Shown: piece after piece, positions 8,290-15,915 of the stretch | Layout: each line of letters opens with the position of its first letter | Position numbering within the stretch: the stretch's first letter is position 1 | Source of the DNA: a virus | DNA length: 40,614 bases | IMG/VR virus record: IMGVR_UViG_3300028830_000010 | Reading direction: 5' to 3' (one strand) | Notes under the pieces: generated by a model | Seen by the model: the letters and a program-made list of their open reading frames with translations, nothing else | Database searches by the model: none | What the model was told of the DNA's origin: nothing | Program-made: the position numbers and the translations under genes

Positions 8290-9010
8290 TATATATTCTT
8301 TCGCACGCGATGTCAAAGTATTTGCGCTCGCGCTCGATGCCGGTGAATGCTTTGCCTTGTTGAACGCAGGCTACGCCAGTAGTCCCAGACCCCATATATG
8401 CGTCAATGCACCCTCTATCAAAAACACAACTTGAAATAATTGGAGAAACCAACCTTATTGGGTATGGGCAAGGGTGGTCGTTATCGCTATCCTTCTCAAT
8501 CCCCGGCGGAATTCTCCAAACAGATAGCATCTTGTTGTTTTCGTTATTCCATTTGTCCGGTTTTCCGAATCCAAACCAATATTCATGCGATGGTGCGTAT
8601 CTTCCGCAGTTCAACGCCATAGACCCACCGCGATCCCAAACAACCTCAGCAAACAGTGGCGCACGATAGAATTGCAGTGGATGTATGCCAAAGCCATCCC
8701 GGTATCTTGTTTTATGGTTGATCCAAACAACAGGGGCAACAGACAAACAAAGATTCAAAAAATCCTGTTGCTGTTCTTGGTATTCAATTTCATCCATCTG
8801 ATCGAAGTAACCGCCTTGTTTGTCCATCCATGCGTTTTTTCCTGTTTTTCTCTCCGCATGTAATCCAGATGGAGAGGCCGAAGGGTTTAGCGTGTTGTAA
8901 GGTGGAGAACAAACAACAGCATCATGCTTCGGCAGCAGCGGCAGCACTTCGCGGCAGTCTCCGTGGTACAGCGTGCAATTCCCGATTGTCACTTTCTCAG
9001 CCATCATCAC
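8198..9010 (-). CDS. DNA methyltransferase, beta-class N4-C/N6-A (SPPY)
   Basis: Motif IV (VVCSPPY) lies near the N-terminus and motif I (DAYMGSGTTG) near the C-terminus. This is the circular permutation typical of the N6_N4_Mtase family. Confidence 0.85.
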   Translation of the reverse strand: MMMAEKVTIGNCTLYHGDCREVLPLLPKHDAVVCSPPYNTLNPSASPSGLHAERKTGKNAWMDKQGGYFDQMDEIEYQEQQQDFLNLCLSVAPVVWINHKTRYRDGFGIHPLQFYRAPLFAEVVWDRGGSMALNCGRYAPSHEYWFGFGKPDKWNNENNKMLSVWRIPPGIEKDSDNDHPCPYPIRLVSPIISSCVFDRGCIDAYMGSGTTGVACVQQGKAFTGIERERKYFDIACERIYNAYRQNTLFGANENMQEVPAGQAAIEFQQE

Positions 9011-9022
9011 TCCGTTTCACCG

Positions 9023-9101
9023 TTTGCCTGCCAACCCGTCGCTCAAGCGGGACGCGCCGCGATAAAGCCGCGTCGCGCCCCTTAGCTATGCGTTAGATTG
9101 C
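9023..9101 (-). repeat. attC-like structured repeat E7
   Basis: Gene orientation: GCAATCTAAC (stop TAG follows), hairpin GGGGCGCGACGCG / CGCGGCGCG-T-CCC, CTT-G-AGC, then GTTGGCAGGCAAA 12 nt before ATG 9010. Confidence 0.75.
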
Positions 9102-9331
9102 TCAACCCACCCATCAGGGCCATACCACCGTCCGCCAGCGTCGTAGTAATCCTCGGTGGTGGTATCTCCAGCGTGCCACGGGCATGCGCTCTTAATGGTT
9201 GTTGTGCCAACTGGCATGGTGCCATCCCATGCAACCTTCCTAGTGCGAGGGCAGCCGGTGTGCGTGCACCGCAATCTAACCATTTTGTCGAGCGGACGGG
9301 AATAAGGCCCGCTCGTTTTCTCAACCGTCAT
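9086..9331 (-). CDS. Hypothetical Cys-rich small protein (81 aa, or 65 aa from ATG 9283)
   Basis: ORF-track ORF. The first 16 codons lie in the loop of repeat E6, so the internal ATG 9283 (ATGGTTAGA) may be the true start. Confidence 0.45.
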   Translation of the reverse strand: MTVEKTSGPYSRPLDKMVRLRCTHTGCPRTRKVAWDGTMPVGTTTIKSACPWHAGDTTTEDYYDAGGRWYGPDGWVEQSNA

Positions 9332-9365
9332 CGCGCCCGCCGCTCACAAAACCGTTAGAAGGCAT
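9271..9365 (-). repeat. attC-like structured repeat E6 (best-paired copy)
   Basis: ATGCCTTCTAAC-GG-TTTTGT-GAGCGG-CGGG, 35-nt loop, CCCG-T-CCGCTC-G-ACAAAA-TG-GTTAGATTGC. Unpaired T and G on the 3' arm. Confidence 0.8.
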
Positions 9366-10219
9366 CAGTCGCCGCAGTAGCACGGTATCGCCTCGTCGTC
9401 ATAGCCGAAAGCATCATCTTGCTCGGCTGCGTTTTGGTGCATTTGCGCGTAGCTCGCCCGGTCGGAACGAAACCGCGCCCCGCTTGGCTTGGAAGCCAAA
9501 GCCAAAGCCAAAGCCTCCATCCTTGCCCACCATACCGCCCGCTCCGGCTTTTGATTTATCAGCGACAGCACCTGCCCCGCTGGTTTCAAAAAGCACAGGT
9601 CACAGTTCCCGGCTAGGGTGCGCCCCTTGTAGGTCGGGAGTTCAAGGCCGAACGGTTGCGCTTCCCAAAACGCTTGGATTGTTTCAACCGTCACCCCATC
9701 ATCGGCCAGCGGCATGCACATCGTTTCCTTCACCGTTTCAGGGCTTGGCCTGGCGCGGATTTTCGCAACCCGCCTTTGCTCGTCGGCGCGTATCCCGACA
9801 AACTGATTCCAGCCGTCGCCCTCACCCCACCCCAAAGACCGCAGGTACTTGTGCATCGTGCGAATCTTCAGTTCCACCGTGCAAAACCTCGTTACCGGGT
9901 TCGGCAAGTAATTCCGCTTGCGTATCGCCGCCTCGAAAGGCTCTCCGTCGCGGCTCGCCGTGGCGTAATCCACCACCGCAAAGCGCGGATCGTCGGCGCG
10001 GAACTCAACCCAAACAATCGGCACGCTCCAATGCGCGCCGCAGTCACGCACAAAGCGCAGCGTGGCTTCCTCTTCCTTGCCGGTGTTGGCGAAGCAAACC
10101 ACAGCATCAGCCGGCAGTCCGCCGTTGCTCTGTAGCACCCGCCAAAGCATGTAGGCGCTCGTTCGCCCTCCACTGAAACTCAGGCATGTTGGCTCTGTAA
10201 TCTTGTATGGGTCGCGCAT
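9365..10219 (-). CDS. PAPS-reductase-family PP-loop enzyme
   Basis: N-terminal PP-loop (LSFSGGRTSAYM), 284 aa, C-terminal CYCGD. The substrate cannot be inferred. Confidence 0.8.
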   Translation of the reverse strand: MRDPYKITEPTCLSFSGGRTSAYMLWRVLQSNGGLPADAVVCFANTGKEEEATLRFVRDCGAHWSVPIVWVEFRADDPRFAVVDYATASRDGEPFEAAIRKRNYLPNPVTRFCTVELKIRTMHKYLRSLGWGEGDGWNQFVGIRADEQRRVAKIRARPSPETVKETMCMPLADDGVTVETIQAFWEAQPFGLELPTYKGRTLAGNCDLCFLKPAGQVLSLINQKPERAVWWARMEALALALASKPSGARFRSDRASYAQMHQNAAEQDDAFGYDDEAIPCYCGD

Positions 10220-10224
10220 CGCGT

Positions 10225-10303
10225 ATGCCTTCTAACAACTCATTCCAGCGGACCGCCCGCGATAGGGCCGCGTGCGGCCCCTGAATTCGGGTCGTTCGGC
10301 GTC
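10225..10303 (-). repeat. attC-like structured repeat E5
   Basis: GACGCCGAAC, hairpin GGGGCCGCACGCG / CGCGGGCGG-T-CC, then GTTAGAAGGCAT 5 nt before ATG 10219. Overlaps the 3' end of ORF 10240-10509. Confidence 0.7.
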
Positions 10304-10509
10304 AAATGGAACATCGCAAAATTCCGCCGTTCCTCGTGATACCTTGCCTGATCTGCGTCTCCCTCCTCGTCGCTCCATGCGGCTCGCTGCTCTTCATGGT
10401 GTGCTGCTATACGTTGCAGTACGTCGCGGAGCGTGTCTCGTGCTCGACATGCGCAGTTTCTGCAATCGCAATCTGGCACTGAATCGTGCGACTCAATCAA
10501 GTCGTCCAT
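10240..10509 (-). CDS. Hypothetical protein (89 aa)
   Basis: ATG 10509 follows GGGAGGCTGACTTT. The track start at 10587 lies inside repeat E4. Confidence 0.45.
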   Translation of the reverse strand: MDDLIESHDSVPDCDCRNCACRARDTLRDVLQRIAAHHEEQRAAWSDEEGDADQARYHEERRNFAMFHLTPNDPNSGAARGPIAGGPLE

Positions 10510-10513
10510 AAAG

Positions 10514-10843
10514 TCAGCCTCCCGAAGACGGCGCAGGCGACGCCGAACCCGGCGTTGCAGGGGAGATGGACGAGCTACGCTCGCCATCCCCCTGACCTTG
10601 CACGTTCGACCCCTTAGCCGCCGTGCCGCCAGCGCCGACTTCCGCCTCGCGTATGTACCGCAGTGCAGTTTCGTGTCTGCTTTCTCCGGGCCACTTGTTG
10701 CCTACCGCCATAATCAGTTCGTCGTATTTCACTCTCTCGGCCTGTGCCACTTCGTTCGCTACCTGTTGCAGCGCCAATAGCAAGCTCCGGCTGTTCGGCA
10801 TACCAAGGTTGGCCATAATCGCCTTGTATCTTTCGTCTGTCAT
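10514..10843 (-). CDS. Hypothetical protein (109 aa). The C-terminal ~30 aa are read-through of repeat E4
   Basis: ATG 10843 follows GGAGAAACGAC. The low-complexity tail (GDGERSSSISPATPGSASPAPSSGG) is encoded by the repeat. Confidence 0.5.
   Translation of the reverse strand: MTDERYKAIMANLGMPNSRSLLLALQQVANEVAQAERVKYDELIMAVGNKWPGESRHETALRYIREAEVGAGGTAAKGSNVQGQGDGERSSSISPATPGSASPAPSSGG
10539..10613 (-). repeat. attC-like structured repeat E4
   Basis: GGGGTCGAAC, hairpin GGGGGATGG-CGAGC / GCTCG-T-CCATC-T-CCCC, then GTTCGGCGTC. Confidence 0.7.
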
Positions 10844-10864
10844 GTCGTTTCTCCGTTGGTGTCC

Positions 10865-10925
10865 GGGGTCGAACCCGGCAGTCCAGCGGACGCCGTACCG
10901 GCGCCGCTGACTTTTGCGTTATGCC
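10865..10925 (-). repeat. attC-like structured repeat E3
   Basis: GGCATAAC (contains the upstream TAA stop), AGCGG-CGCCG / CGGCG-T-CCGCT-G-GAC, then GTTCGACCCC. Confidence 0.7.
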
Positions 10926-11260
10926 TTTGCACCAATCCACTCCGCGAAACTCAGGCCGCAGTCCGCACGCAACCACTCGCGGTATCGGCGCTGGCTTCTG
11001 GTCAGTTTCTTCTCGGGCGGTTTCGCCGGGCTATTCTTCGCCACGAAGTCAATTCCGGCGCGTGTCACGAAAAACACAGGGCTTCCGCCTGACAGTGCGT
11101 TTCCTGCGCGTTCTGTCATCAGTCCTTCTGCAACCAGTTCACGGCACAGTGGGAAGTCATCTGTACCTTCTCCGGTCACGAAGTGGTTCCGGTATTGCCG
11201 GCCCGCGCCGTACTGGTCTAGCCCAAGGCTGTGTTGCAGTATGTGCAGCTTGCTATTCAT
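10919..11260 (-). CDS. Hypothetical protein (113 aa)
   Basis: ATG 11260 follows GGAGAAAAGGAT. No recognised motif. Confidence 0.5.
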   Translation of the reverse strand: MNSKLHILQHSLGLDQYGAGRQYRNHFVTGEGTDDFPLCRELVAEGLMTERAGNALSGGSPVFFVTRAGIDFVAKNSPAKPPEKKLTRSQRRYREWLRADCGLSFAEWIGAKA

Positions 11261-11301
11261 ATCCTTTTCTCCGTTGTTTTCGCCGAGGCATAACCCGTTG
11301 G

Positions 11302-11583
11302 TCAAGCCGACCGTCCGCCTGCGGCGTCCGTCGGCTTACCGCTGGCGTTCGACCCCTTCCGCCCGATTGCCCGTTTCGCGGTTTCGATGTCCACCGCGCG
11401 TGCACCGGGAACGGAGAAGGGAGGCTCCAGGTTGGTCAACGCTAGGTCGCCATCCTTCAGCGCGCGGCCGCGCTTCCGTTCGTCCCACTCGATAACGCGA
11501 GTGCATTTGTAGTGCTTCATGAACTTCTTGCCGTTGGTCGTTTTCCCGGAGCCCGGCGGCCCGTAAATAATCACAATGCCCAT
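11302..11583 (-). CDS. Small P-loop NTPase-like protein (93 aa)
   Basis: MGIVIIYGPPGSGKTT Walker A at the N-terminus. ATG 11583 follows AAGGAGCG. The upstream part of the track ORF is repeat E2. Confidence 0.55.
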   Translation of the reverse strand: MGIVIIYGPPGSGKTTNGKKFMKHYKCTRVIEWDERKRGRALKDGDLALTNLEPPFSVPGARAVDIETAKRAIGRKGSNASGKPTDAAGGRSA

Positions 11584-11584
11584 G

Positions 11585-11983
11585 TCAATTCGCTCCTTCG
11601 GGGGTTGTTGTGCCAGGGGTCGAACCCGGCGTTCGTGTGGGACCGGACGAAGCTGCGCTTCGCCGGCCCCACAACTCTGCGTTAGGTGCCTGCTTCCGTG
11701 CCCACCTGTCACGCCGCAACTTGATCGTTTCCTGTATCAGCGCATATGCGCCGCAGTCATGCGGGGCCAGCGATCCAGCGGCGAGCAGATCGGAGTACAG
11801 GTCGTCGCACAATTCACGCAGCCGCTCAATCTCTCTTGCTGCCGCGTGTTCGCGCTCTGTTTTCAGTCGGCGCGAGTCGAGCAGTTCTGCAATCAGTTCG
11901 TCATGCGGTCGCGCTTGCTTGCATTGCTGCTCTGGCCGTGGTTCTACCGCAGGCCCGGTTTCGTTCTTTTCTTCCATCGTCAT
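11585..11983 (-). CDS. Hypothetical protein. The C-terminal ~35 aa are read-through of repeat E2
   Basis: ATG 11983 or 11977 follows GGAG. The tail PNAELWGRRSAASSGPTRTPGSTPGTTTPEGAN is encoded by the repeat. Confidence 0.5.
   Translation of the reverse strand: MTMEEKNETGPAVEPRPEQQCKQARPHDELIAELLDSRRLKTEREHAAAREIERLRELCDDLYSDLLAAGSLAPHDCGAYALIQETIKLRRDRWARKQAPNAELWGRRSAASSGPTRTPGSTPGTTTPEGAN
11616..11690 (-). repeat. attC-like structured repeat E2
   Basis: GGCACCTAAC, hairpin GGGGCCGG-CGAAGC / GCTTCG-T-CCGG-T-CCC, then GTTCGACCCC. Confidence 0.7.
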
Positions 11984-12008
11984 CTCCAAAAGTCGGCGCT
12001 CGCAATAC

Positions 12009-12081
12009 GGCACCTAACAGTTCATTCAACCCGGACTGGCCGAAAAGCCGGCCAGCCGGTTAATTCAAGCGTTAGCCGTCA
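12009..12081 (-). repeat. attC-like structured repeat E1
   Basis: TGACGGCTAACG, AACCGG-CTGGCCG / CGGCCAG-T-CCGG-G-TT-G-AAT, then GTTAGGTGCC. Confidence 0.75.
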
Positions 12082-12097
12082 TAGCAGCCAATCAGCA

Positions 12098-12274
12098 TTA
12101 CCCCTCATACTTCCCCCAAGCCATCCGATACGATGCAAAGTGTTTCTGCACATGCCTCGGCAGTTTGTCACGCTGTACCCACAGCGATACATTTTGCTGC
12201 GTATAGCCTAGCTCCTGCGCTGCTTTTTTCTGCGTGCCGAAATATCGGACAAGCTGTTTAGGTGTGTAGTTCAT
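12098..12274 (-). CDS. Cro/YdaS-like helix-turn-helix regulator (58 aa)
   Basis: MNYTPKQLVRYFGTQKKAAQELGYTQQNVSLWVQRDKLP is a classic short HTH. It is the first gene of the minus-strand arm, next to divergent promoters. Confidence 0.6.
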   Translation of the reverse strand: MNYTPKQLVRYFGTQKKAAQELGYTQQNVSLWVQRDKLPRHVQKHFASYRMAWGKYEG

Positions 12275-12285
12275 GGCTTCATTAA

Positions 12286-12303
12286 AGCACATATTTTTGT
12301 GCT
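12286..12303. promoter_or_regulatory. Operator-like palindrome AGCACA-N6-TGTGCT
   Basis: Perfect 6-bp arms abutting the -35 hexamer of the rightward promoter, 12 nt upstream of the cro-like ATG. Confidence 0.4.
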
Positions 12304-12331
12304 TGACAAGTATTTTGTTTGCGGCTATGCT
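12303..12331 (+). promoter_or_regulatory. Sigma70-like rightward promoter, TTGACA-17 nt-TATGCT
   Basis: Consensus -35 and a good -10, facing the 12510-17562 plus-strand arm. Confidence 0.5.
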
Positions 12332-12509
12332 TGAACTGTCCGGCGCAATTCTGACCTGCGACTGGATAGCATGTGATAGGCGACGCCACTCTGCTTGTCC
12401 TGAAAAGGCTCCAGTGCAGATTAACATGCCACGACACACCACGGCGCAACCGTGCTTTTGATGTGGGCCGGAGAGCGTAACCGGCGCATACAACTACAGA
12501 AGGACTGTC

Positions 12510-12707
12510 ATGCACTGCCTGATTTTCGAACAGCTAGAGCCGGTTCCAGTCCGCCAGTTTAAACACGGCGAGAAGGATTACACCGAGTACGCCGCTAATT
12601 TCCGCTTCGTGAAGCGGCTGGACAATGTGCGCTGGAAGGGCCTCGCATGGGACGAGGCTAAGAAACTTGTGGCGCATCCTGTGCTGCAATTTATCGGAGA
12701 GGAATGA
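12510..12707 (+). CDS. Hypothetical protein (65 aa)
   Basis: ATG follows GAAGGA. First gene of the rightward arm. Confidence 0.5.
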   Translation: MHCLIFEQLEPVPVRQFKHGEKDYTEYAANFRFVKRLDNVRWKGLAWDEAKKLVAHPVLQFIGEE

Positions 12708-12952
12708 TGGAACTCGAAAGCTTGAACATTACAAGGGTATCGTGGGGCGATAATGCCGGAAAACTGGACGGCAACATCATGTTCAAAAACCCGAAGGGAA
12801 AAGTTCAAATTATTCTGAGTGATTCAGCGGCGCAACGTATCCTAGAGATATGCGCCGAAGGACTTGTCGAAACCGCGAAGACGGTCGCTAACGAATTGAC
12901 AGCCGAGATTATCTCTCACGGCGGGAATTTACTGATGGTGGATAAAGAATGA
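12704..12952 (+). CDS. Hypothetical protein (82 aa)
   Basis: ATGA-coupled to the previous ORF. Confidence 0.5.
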   Translation: MMELESLNITRVSWGDNAGKLDGNIMFKNPKGKVQIILSDSAAQRILEICAEGLVETAKTVANELTAEIISHGGNLLMVDKE

Positions 12953-13020
12953 TGGACGTCGACTACGTAATCCTGTTCTGCATCGTCAGCTTCATGGCTG
13001 GCTATTACCTCGGAGAGTGA
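12949..13020 (+). CDS. Small hydrophobic peptide (23 aa)
   Basis: Hand-translated MMDVDYVILFCIVSFMAGYYLGE. Fills the gap between coupled genes. Confidence 0.2.
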   Translation: MMDVDYVILFCIVSFMAGYYLGE

Positions 13021-13021
13021 A

Positions 13022-13519
13022 ATGAGCTTACCCGCGCTGTACCAGCTTACCCGCGAATATCAAGAGGCATACGAGACTCTGGCTGATATGAATCTGCCGG
13101 AAGAAGTGATGCACGATACGCTCGAAGGATTGCAGGGCGATATCGAGAAGAAGGCCGAGAACGTCGCTTGCGTCATCCGCAACTTCGAGAGCATGGCCGA
13201 GCAGATCAAGCAAGCCGAGAAGCAACTGAAGCAACGCCGTGACGCATACGAACACAGGGCCGAACATATCCGCGCTTACCTGCTGCACAACATGCAGGCT
13301 TGCGGCATCAGCAAGATAGAATCGCCGTGGTTCAAGATTGCCGTGCGCGACAATCCCGAATCGGTGGAGATTACCGGCGCTGTCCCGCCTGAATACATGC
13401 GCCAGCCTGAACCGCCGCCGCCAGCACCTGACAAGGCCATGATTAAGGCCGATCTCAAGGACGGCAAGCAGTTTGACTTTGCGCGGCTTACGCGCACTCA
13501 ACGTGTGGAGATCAAATGA
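13022..13519 (+). CDS. Gp157-family protein (recombination-module accessory)
   Basis: The N-terminal pattern (YQLTREYQEAYETL...LEGLQGDIEKKAENVA) and C-terminal part (FKIAVRDNPESVEI) match the Siphovirus Gp157 family. Sits immediately upstream of ERF. Confidence 0.65.
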   Translation: MSLPALYQLTREYQEAYETLADMNLPEEVMHDTLEGLQGDIEKKAENVACVIRNFESMAEQIKQAEKQLKQRRDAYEHRAEHIRAYLLHNMQACGISKIESPWFKIAVRDNPESVEITGAVPPEYMRQPEPPPPAPDKAMIKADLKDGKQFDFARLTRTQRVEIK

Positions 13520-14214
13520 ACGAGAATCTAGGGGTCTATAAAGCCATTGCAGCAGTAACCGCAGCAATGGCCAAGGAAGGTATCGGCAAGGGCCGGAAGA
13601 ACCAGCAGCAGGGCTATTCCTTCCGAGGCATTGACGACGTGTATAACGTTCTGTCTGGCATGTTGGCAACTGCCGGCCTGTGCATCATCCCTCGCATTCT
13701 GTCCCGCGTGTGTGAGGAACGGACGACGAAAAGCGGCAGCGCGTTGTTCTACGTGACAGTAGAAGCGGAATATGATTTGGTTTCCGCCGAGGATGGAAGC
13801 AAGCATACCGCCAAGGTATTTGGCGAAGCAATGGACAGCGCCGACAAGGCCACAAACAAAGCCATGAGCGCGGCCTACAAATACATGGCGTTCCAAACCT
13901 TCGCCATACCGACAGAGGGCGACAACGACGCCGACTCTGTAACGCATGTTGTTGTACCAGCAGCAAAGGCTCCAACGCCATACGACTACGACGCCGCCCT
14001 AGATGCCATGCGCGCCGCCAAGTCCGAAGCGCAGCTTAAGGCCGCATACGTTCCAGCCGCCAAGCGCGCCAAGACTGACGGCGACGCTGCCATGCTGGAC
14101 GTGCTGACCAAGGTCAAGGATGAGTGTAAGGAGGCGATGGCTGGAAGCATTACTGGCGATCCGAGCGAAGGCGATCTTAACATTCCAGCATTGGGCGGAA
14201 AGGCGGTTATATGA
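13516..14214 (+). CDS. erf: ERF-family single-strand annealing recombinase
   Basis: The NQQQGYSFRGIDDVYNVLSGMLA and KATNKAMSAAYKYMAFQTFAIPTEG blocks are typical of ERF. Confidence 0.85.
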   Translation: MNENLGVYKAIAAVTAAMAKEGIGKGRKNQQQGYSFRGIDDVYNVLSGMLATAGLCIIPRILSRVCEERTTKSGSALFYVTVEAEYDLVSAEDGSKHTAKVFGEAMDSADKATNKAMSAAYKYMAFQTFAIPTEGDNDADSVTHVVVPAAKAPTPYDYDAALDAMRAAKSEAQLKAAYVPAAKRAKTDGDAAMLDVLTKVKDECKEAMAGSITGDPSEGDLNIPALGGKAVI

Positions 14215-14477
14215 GCAAGCACATAATTAATGCAGATTCAGATATTTCTATCCCACACGAATACGCAGGATTAAGAGCGCTATGGGCATCCGTAATGCTC
14301 TTGGCCATAAGTGATGCAAAGGACATGGCGGCGACATGCAAGGCAAACAGGCGTAGCGCAAAATCTTGGATTGAAAGCGATAGGACTGACATCCCAAATG
14401 CGTTCGTGAATATTTACGATTTCTTAAACATTTCTCCGCATCATATTCGTAATTCGATCAAAATGAAGGACAAATAA
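14211..14477 (+). CDS. Hypothetical protein (88 aa), AT-rich
   Basis: ATGA-coupled ORF with noticeably lower GC than its neighbours. Confidence 0.5.
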   Translation: MSKHIINADSDISIPHEYAGLRALWASVMLLAISDAKDMAATCKANRRSAKSWIESDRTDIPNAFVNIYDFLNISPHHIRNSIKMKDK

Positions 14478-14478
14478 C

Positions 14479-14793
14479 ATGCACCCTGAAACCAGACAGC
14501 TACGCGAGGACGAAAACGAGTACCAGCGCGGACTCGATGCCGAGGATGAACGGCAGCGTGCAATCGAAATGGAGATATCGTTTCTGCGCGTGGATATCGC
14601 CGTGAAGAACCAGCATCATCAATTCGTTGAGGATTGGTATGCTGATCCGGCTGGCGATCTTGCCGAGATCATCCGGCAAGCGTGCTTACTTAATCGCGCT
14701 CAGACCGGCGTACTCGGCGGCTGGCTGCATACCGTGGTCGAGAATAGAATCAGGCAGGTTGCCGAGATTACCGTGGATCGGAGGCTGAAATGA
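14479..14793 (+). CDS. Hypothetical protein (104 aa)
   Basis: Packed ORF with no recognised motif. Confidence 0.5.
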   Translation: MHPETRQLREDENEYQRGLDAEDERQRAIEMEISFLRVDIAVKNQHHQFVEDWYADPAGDLAEIIRQACLLNRAQTGVLGGWLHTVVENRIRQVAEITVDRRLK

Positions 14794-14951
14794 ACCGACT
14801 ATATCGTTACTGGCTTATATTCCTTCGCTATGCAAACGCTATCGACCTGCACAGCGCGAAGGCATCCGGCAACCACGACGTAGCTGCGTGGTGCAGACTG
14901 CGGATATCGCAGATTGATAACGATATAGATATACTGCGGATGCAGGGGTGA
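14790..14951 (+). CDS. Small hypothetical ORF (53 aa)
   Basis: Hand-translated. ATGA-coupled. Its TGA stop lies inside the first box of repeat E8. Confidence 0.35.
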   Translation: MNRLYRYWLIFLRYANAIDLHSAKASGNHDVAAWCRLRISQIDNDIDILRMQG

Positions 14952-15014
14952 CGGCTAACGTGGATGTCACCGGGCCGCGCTTGCGCGGCTCCGGTGGACA
15001 GCAGGGTTCGACGG
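14949..15014 (+). repeat. attC-like structured repeat E8
   Basis: TGACGGCTAACG (same 12 nt as E1), CACCGG-GCCGCG / CGCGGC-T-CCGGTG-G-ACA, then GTTCGACGGC. Confidence 0.75.
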
Positions 15015-15045
15015 CACAACCGCCGTCTTCGGGAGACTGACTTTT

Positions 15046-15237
15046 ATGAAAAGCATAGGTACAAGCGAAATATCAGCATGCCCTTTCTGCGGATTTGATG
15101 ATTTCCAGATTGCCGGAACCGCTTCAATGATGTTTTCGATTACCTGCCCAGACTGTGGTTGTATTGGCCCGCAGGCAGGAATTATTACCGATGCCATAGA
15201 ACGATGGAACGACCGGGCTTTGACGCCGAACGATTAG
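15046..15237 (+). CDS. lar: Lar-family restriction alleviation protein
   Basis: CPFCG...CPDCGC...AIERWNDR matches the Lar-family signature. 63 aa. Confidence 0.75.
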   Translation: MKSIGTSEISACPFCGFDDFQIAGTASMMFSITCPDCGCIGPQAGIITDAIERWNDRALTPND

Positions 15238-15296
15238 CTTGAGGGGCTGGACGCGGCTTTATTGCGGCCAGTCCCTCTCCAAGCGCCAGTTGGGCG
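15222..15296 (+). repeat. attC-like structured repeat E9
   Basis: GACGCCGAAC (overlaps the end of lar), GAGGG-CTGG...CCAG-T-CCCTC with loop GACGCGGCTTTATTGCGG (homologous to the E7 loop), then GTTGGGCG. Confidence 0.7.
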
Positions 15297-15310
15297 CGGA
15301 AAGGTTGAAG

Positions 15311-15640
15311 ATGGACTTGTGTGGACATAAAGGGTTTGCTGGGCCGAGTGCGTGCATCCTTGAGGAAGGGCACTACGGAAACCACCAATACGGCGATATT
15401 GCCACGGCCTACGAGGTCGAACTGCGAAAAGACGCGGAGAGATACAGGTTCCTGAGAGAGGCAGCTCATGACGCGGCAAAAATAGAAGCCTTGAATATGG
15501 CGAACAGAGAGCCGCAAACCCCAGCGGAGTTTGATGCAGCAGTGGATATAGCAATGACGACGCCCAACGGACAAGTTGAGGGGGCCGAAGGCTGCTTGCA
15601 GCCGGAGGCTCCCTCTCGAACGCCGGGTTCGGCGGATTGA
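15311..15640 (+). CDS. Hypothetical protein (109 aa). The C-terminal tail is read-through of repeat E10
   Basis: First ATG after repeat E9. The tail ...EGAEGCLQPEAPSRTPGSAD is encoded by the repeat. Confidence 0.45.
   Translation: MDLCGHKGFAGPSACILEEGHYGNHQYGDIATAYEVELRKDAERYRFLREAAHDAAKIEALNMANREPQTPAEFDAAVDIAMTTPNGQVEGAEGCLQPEAPSRTPGSAD
15561..15634 (+). repeat. attC-like structured repeat E10 (most divergent hairpin)
   Basis: CGCCCAAC, GAGGGGGCC..GGCTG / CAGCC..GGCTCCCTC, then GTTCGGCG. Confidence 0.6.
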
Positions 15641-15642
15641 CT

Positions 15643-15915
15643 ATGCCTAAGAACTACGGCGGTGACGATAAATTGACGCGCGGTTTGTTGCTCGGTGCGA
15701 TGCTGGCAAAAGGCGAGGGCGTGACAAGCGCCATGATCCACAGGCGCTTCGGGGTTTCGAGAGCAACTGCTAAGCGCGACATGAACGTGATTGAGGCGAC
15801 GTTGCCTGTTGAAGCGGAAGTGAAGGGCACGAGGGTAACGCTGTCGCTGGTGACGCCGAACGCCCAAGTAACCGGCGCTTCGCCGGCCCTTATGGCGAAG
15901 CGTCCGGTTGACTGA
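15643..15915 (+). CDS. Small winged-helix/HTH DNA-binding protein (90 aa)
   Basis: MIHRRFGVSRATAKRDMNVIE resembles HTH_11/DeoR-type N-terminal domains. The track start at 15637 is TTG. The ORF end lies in repeat E11. Confidence 0.5.
   Translation: MPKNYGGDDKLTRGLLLGAMLAKGEGVTSAMIHRRFGVSRATAKRDMNVIEATLPVEAEVKGTRVTLSLVTPNAQVTGASPALMAKRPVD

Noticed and set aside
9484-10176. Long alternative-frame or antisense ORFs, e.g. 9484-10176 (+), 2343-2861 (+), 13028-13669 (-), 15958-16782 (-), 5596-6225 (-), 7620-8201 (-), 24510-25208 (+)
   Set aside because: They overlap genes with clear motifs on the other strand or frame. They are Pro/Arg/Ser/Ala-rich, as expected for shadow ORFs in GC-rich DNA, and they lack ribosome-binding sites.
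10863-10878. GGTTCGA-type strings (CCGGGTTCGACCCCGG here, and also at 11612-11630 and around 15005) that resemble tRNA T-arms
   Set aside because: The loops are 6 nt rather than 7. No acceptor, D or anticodon arms can be built around them, and nothing ends in a CCA-compatible acceptor stem. They are the GTTCG boxes of the structured repeats.
11611-11626. TGGCAC / TGGCAG strings (also 9026-9031 on the minus strand, 3786-3791) resemble the -24 element of sigma-54 promoters
   Set aside because: None has a TTGC-type -12 element at the required spacing.
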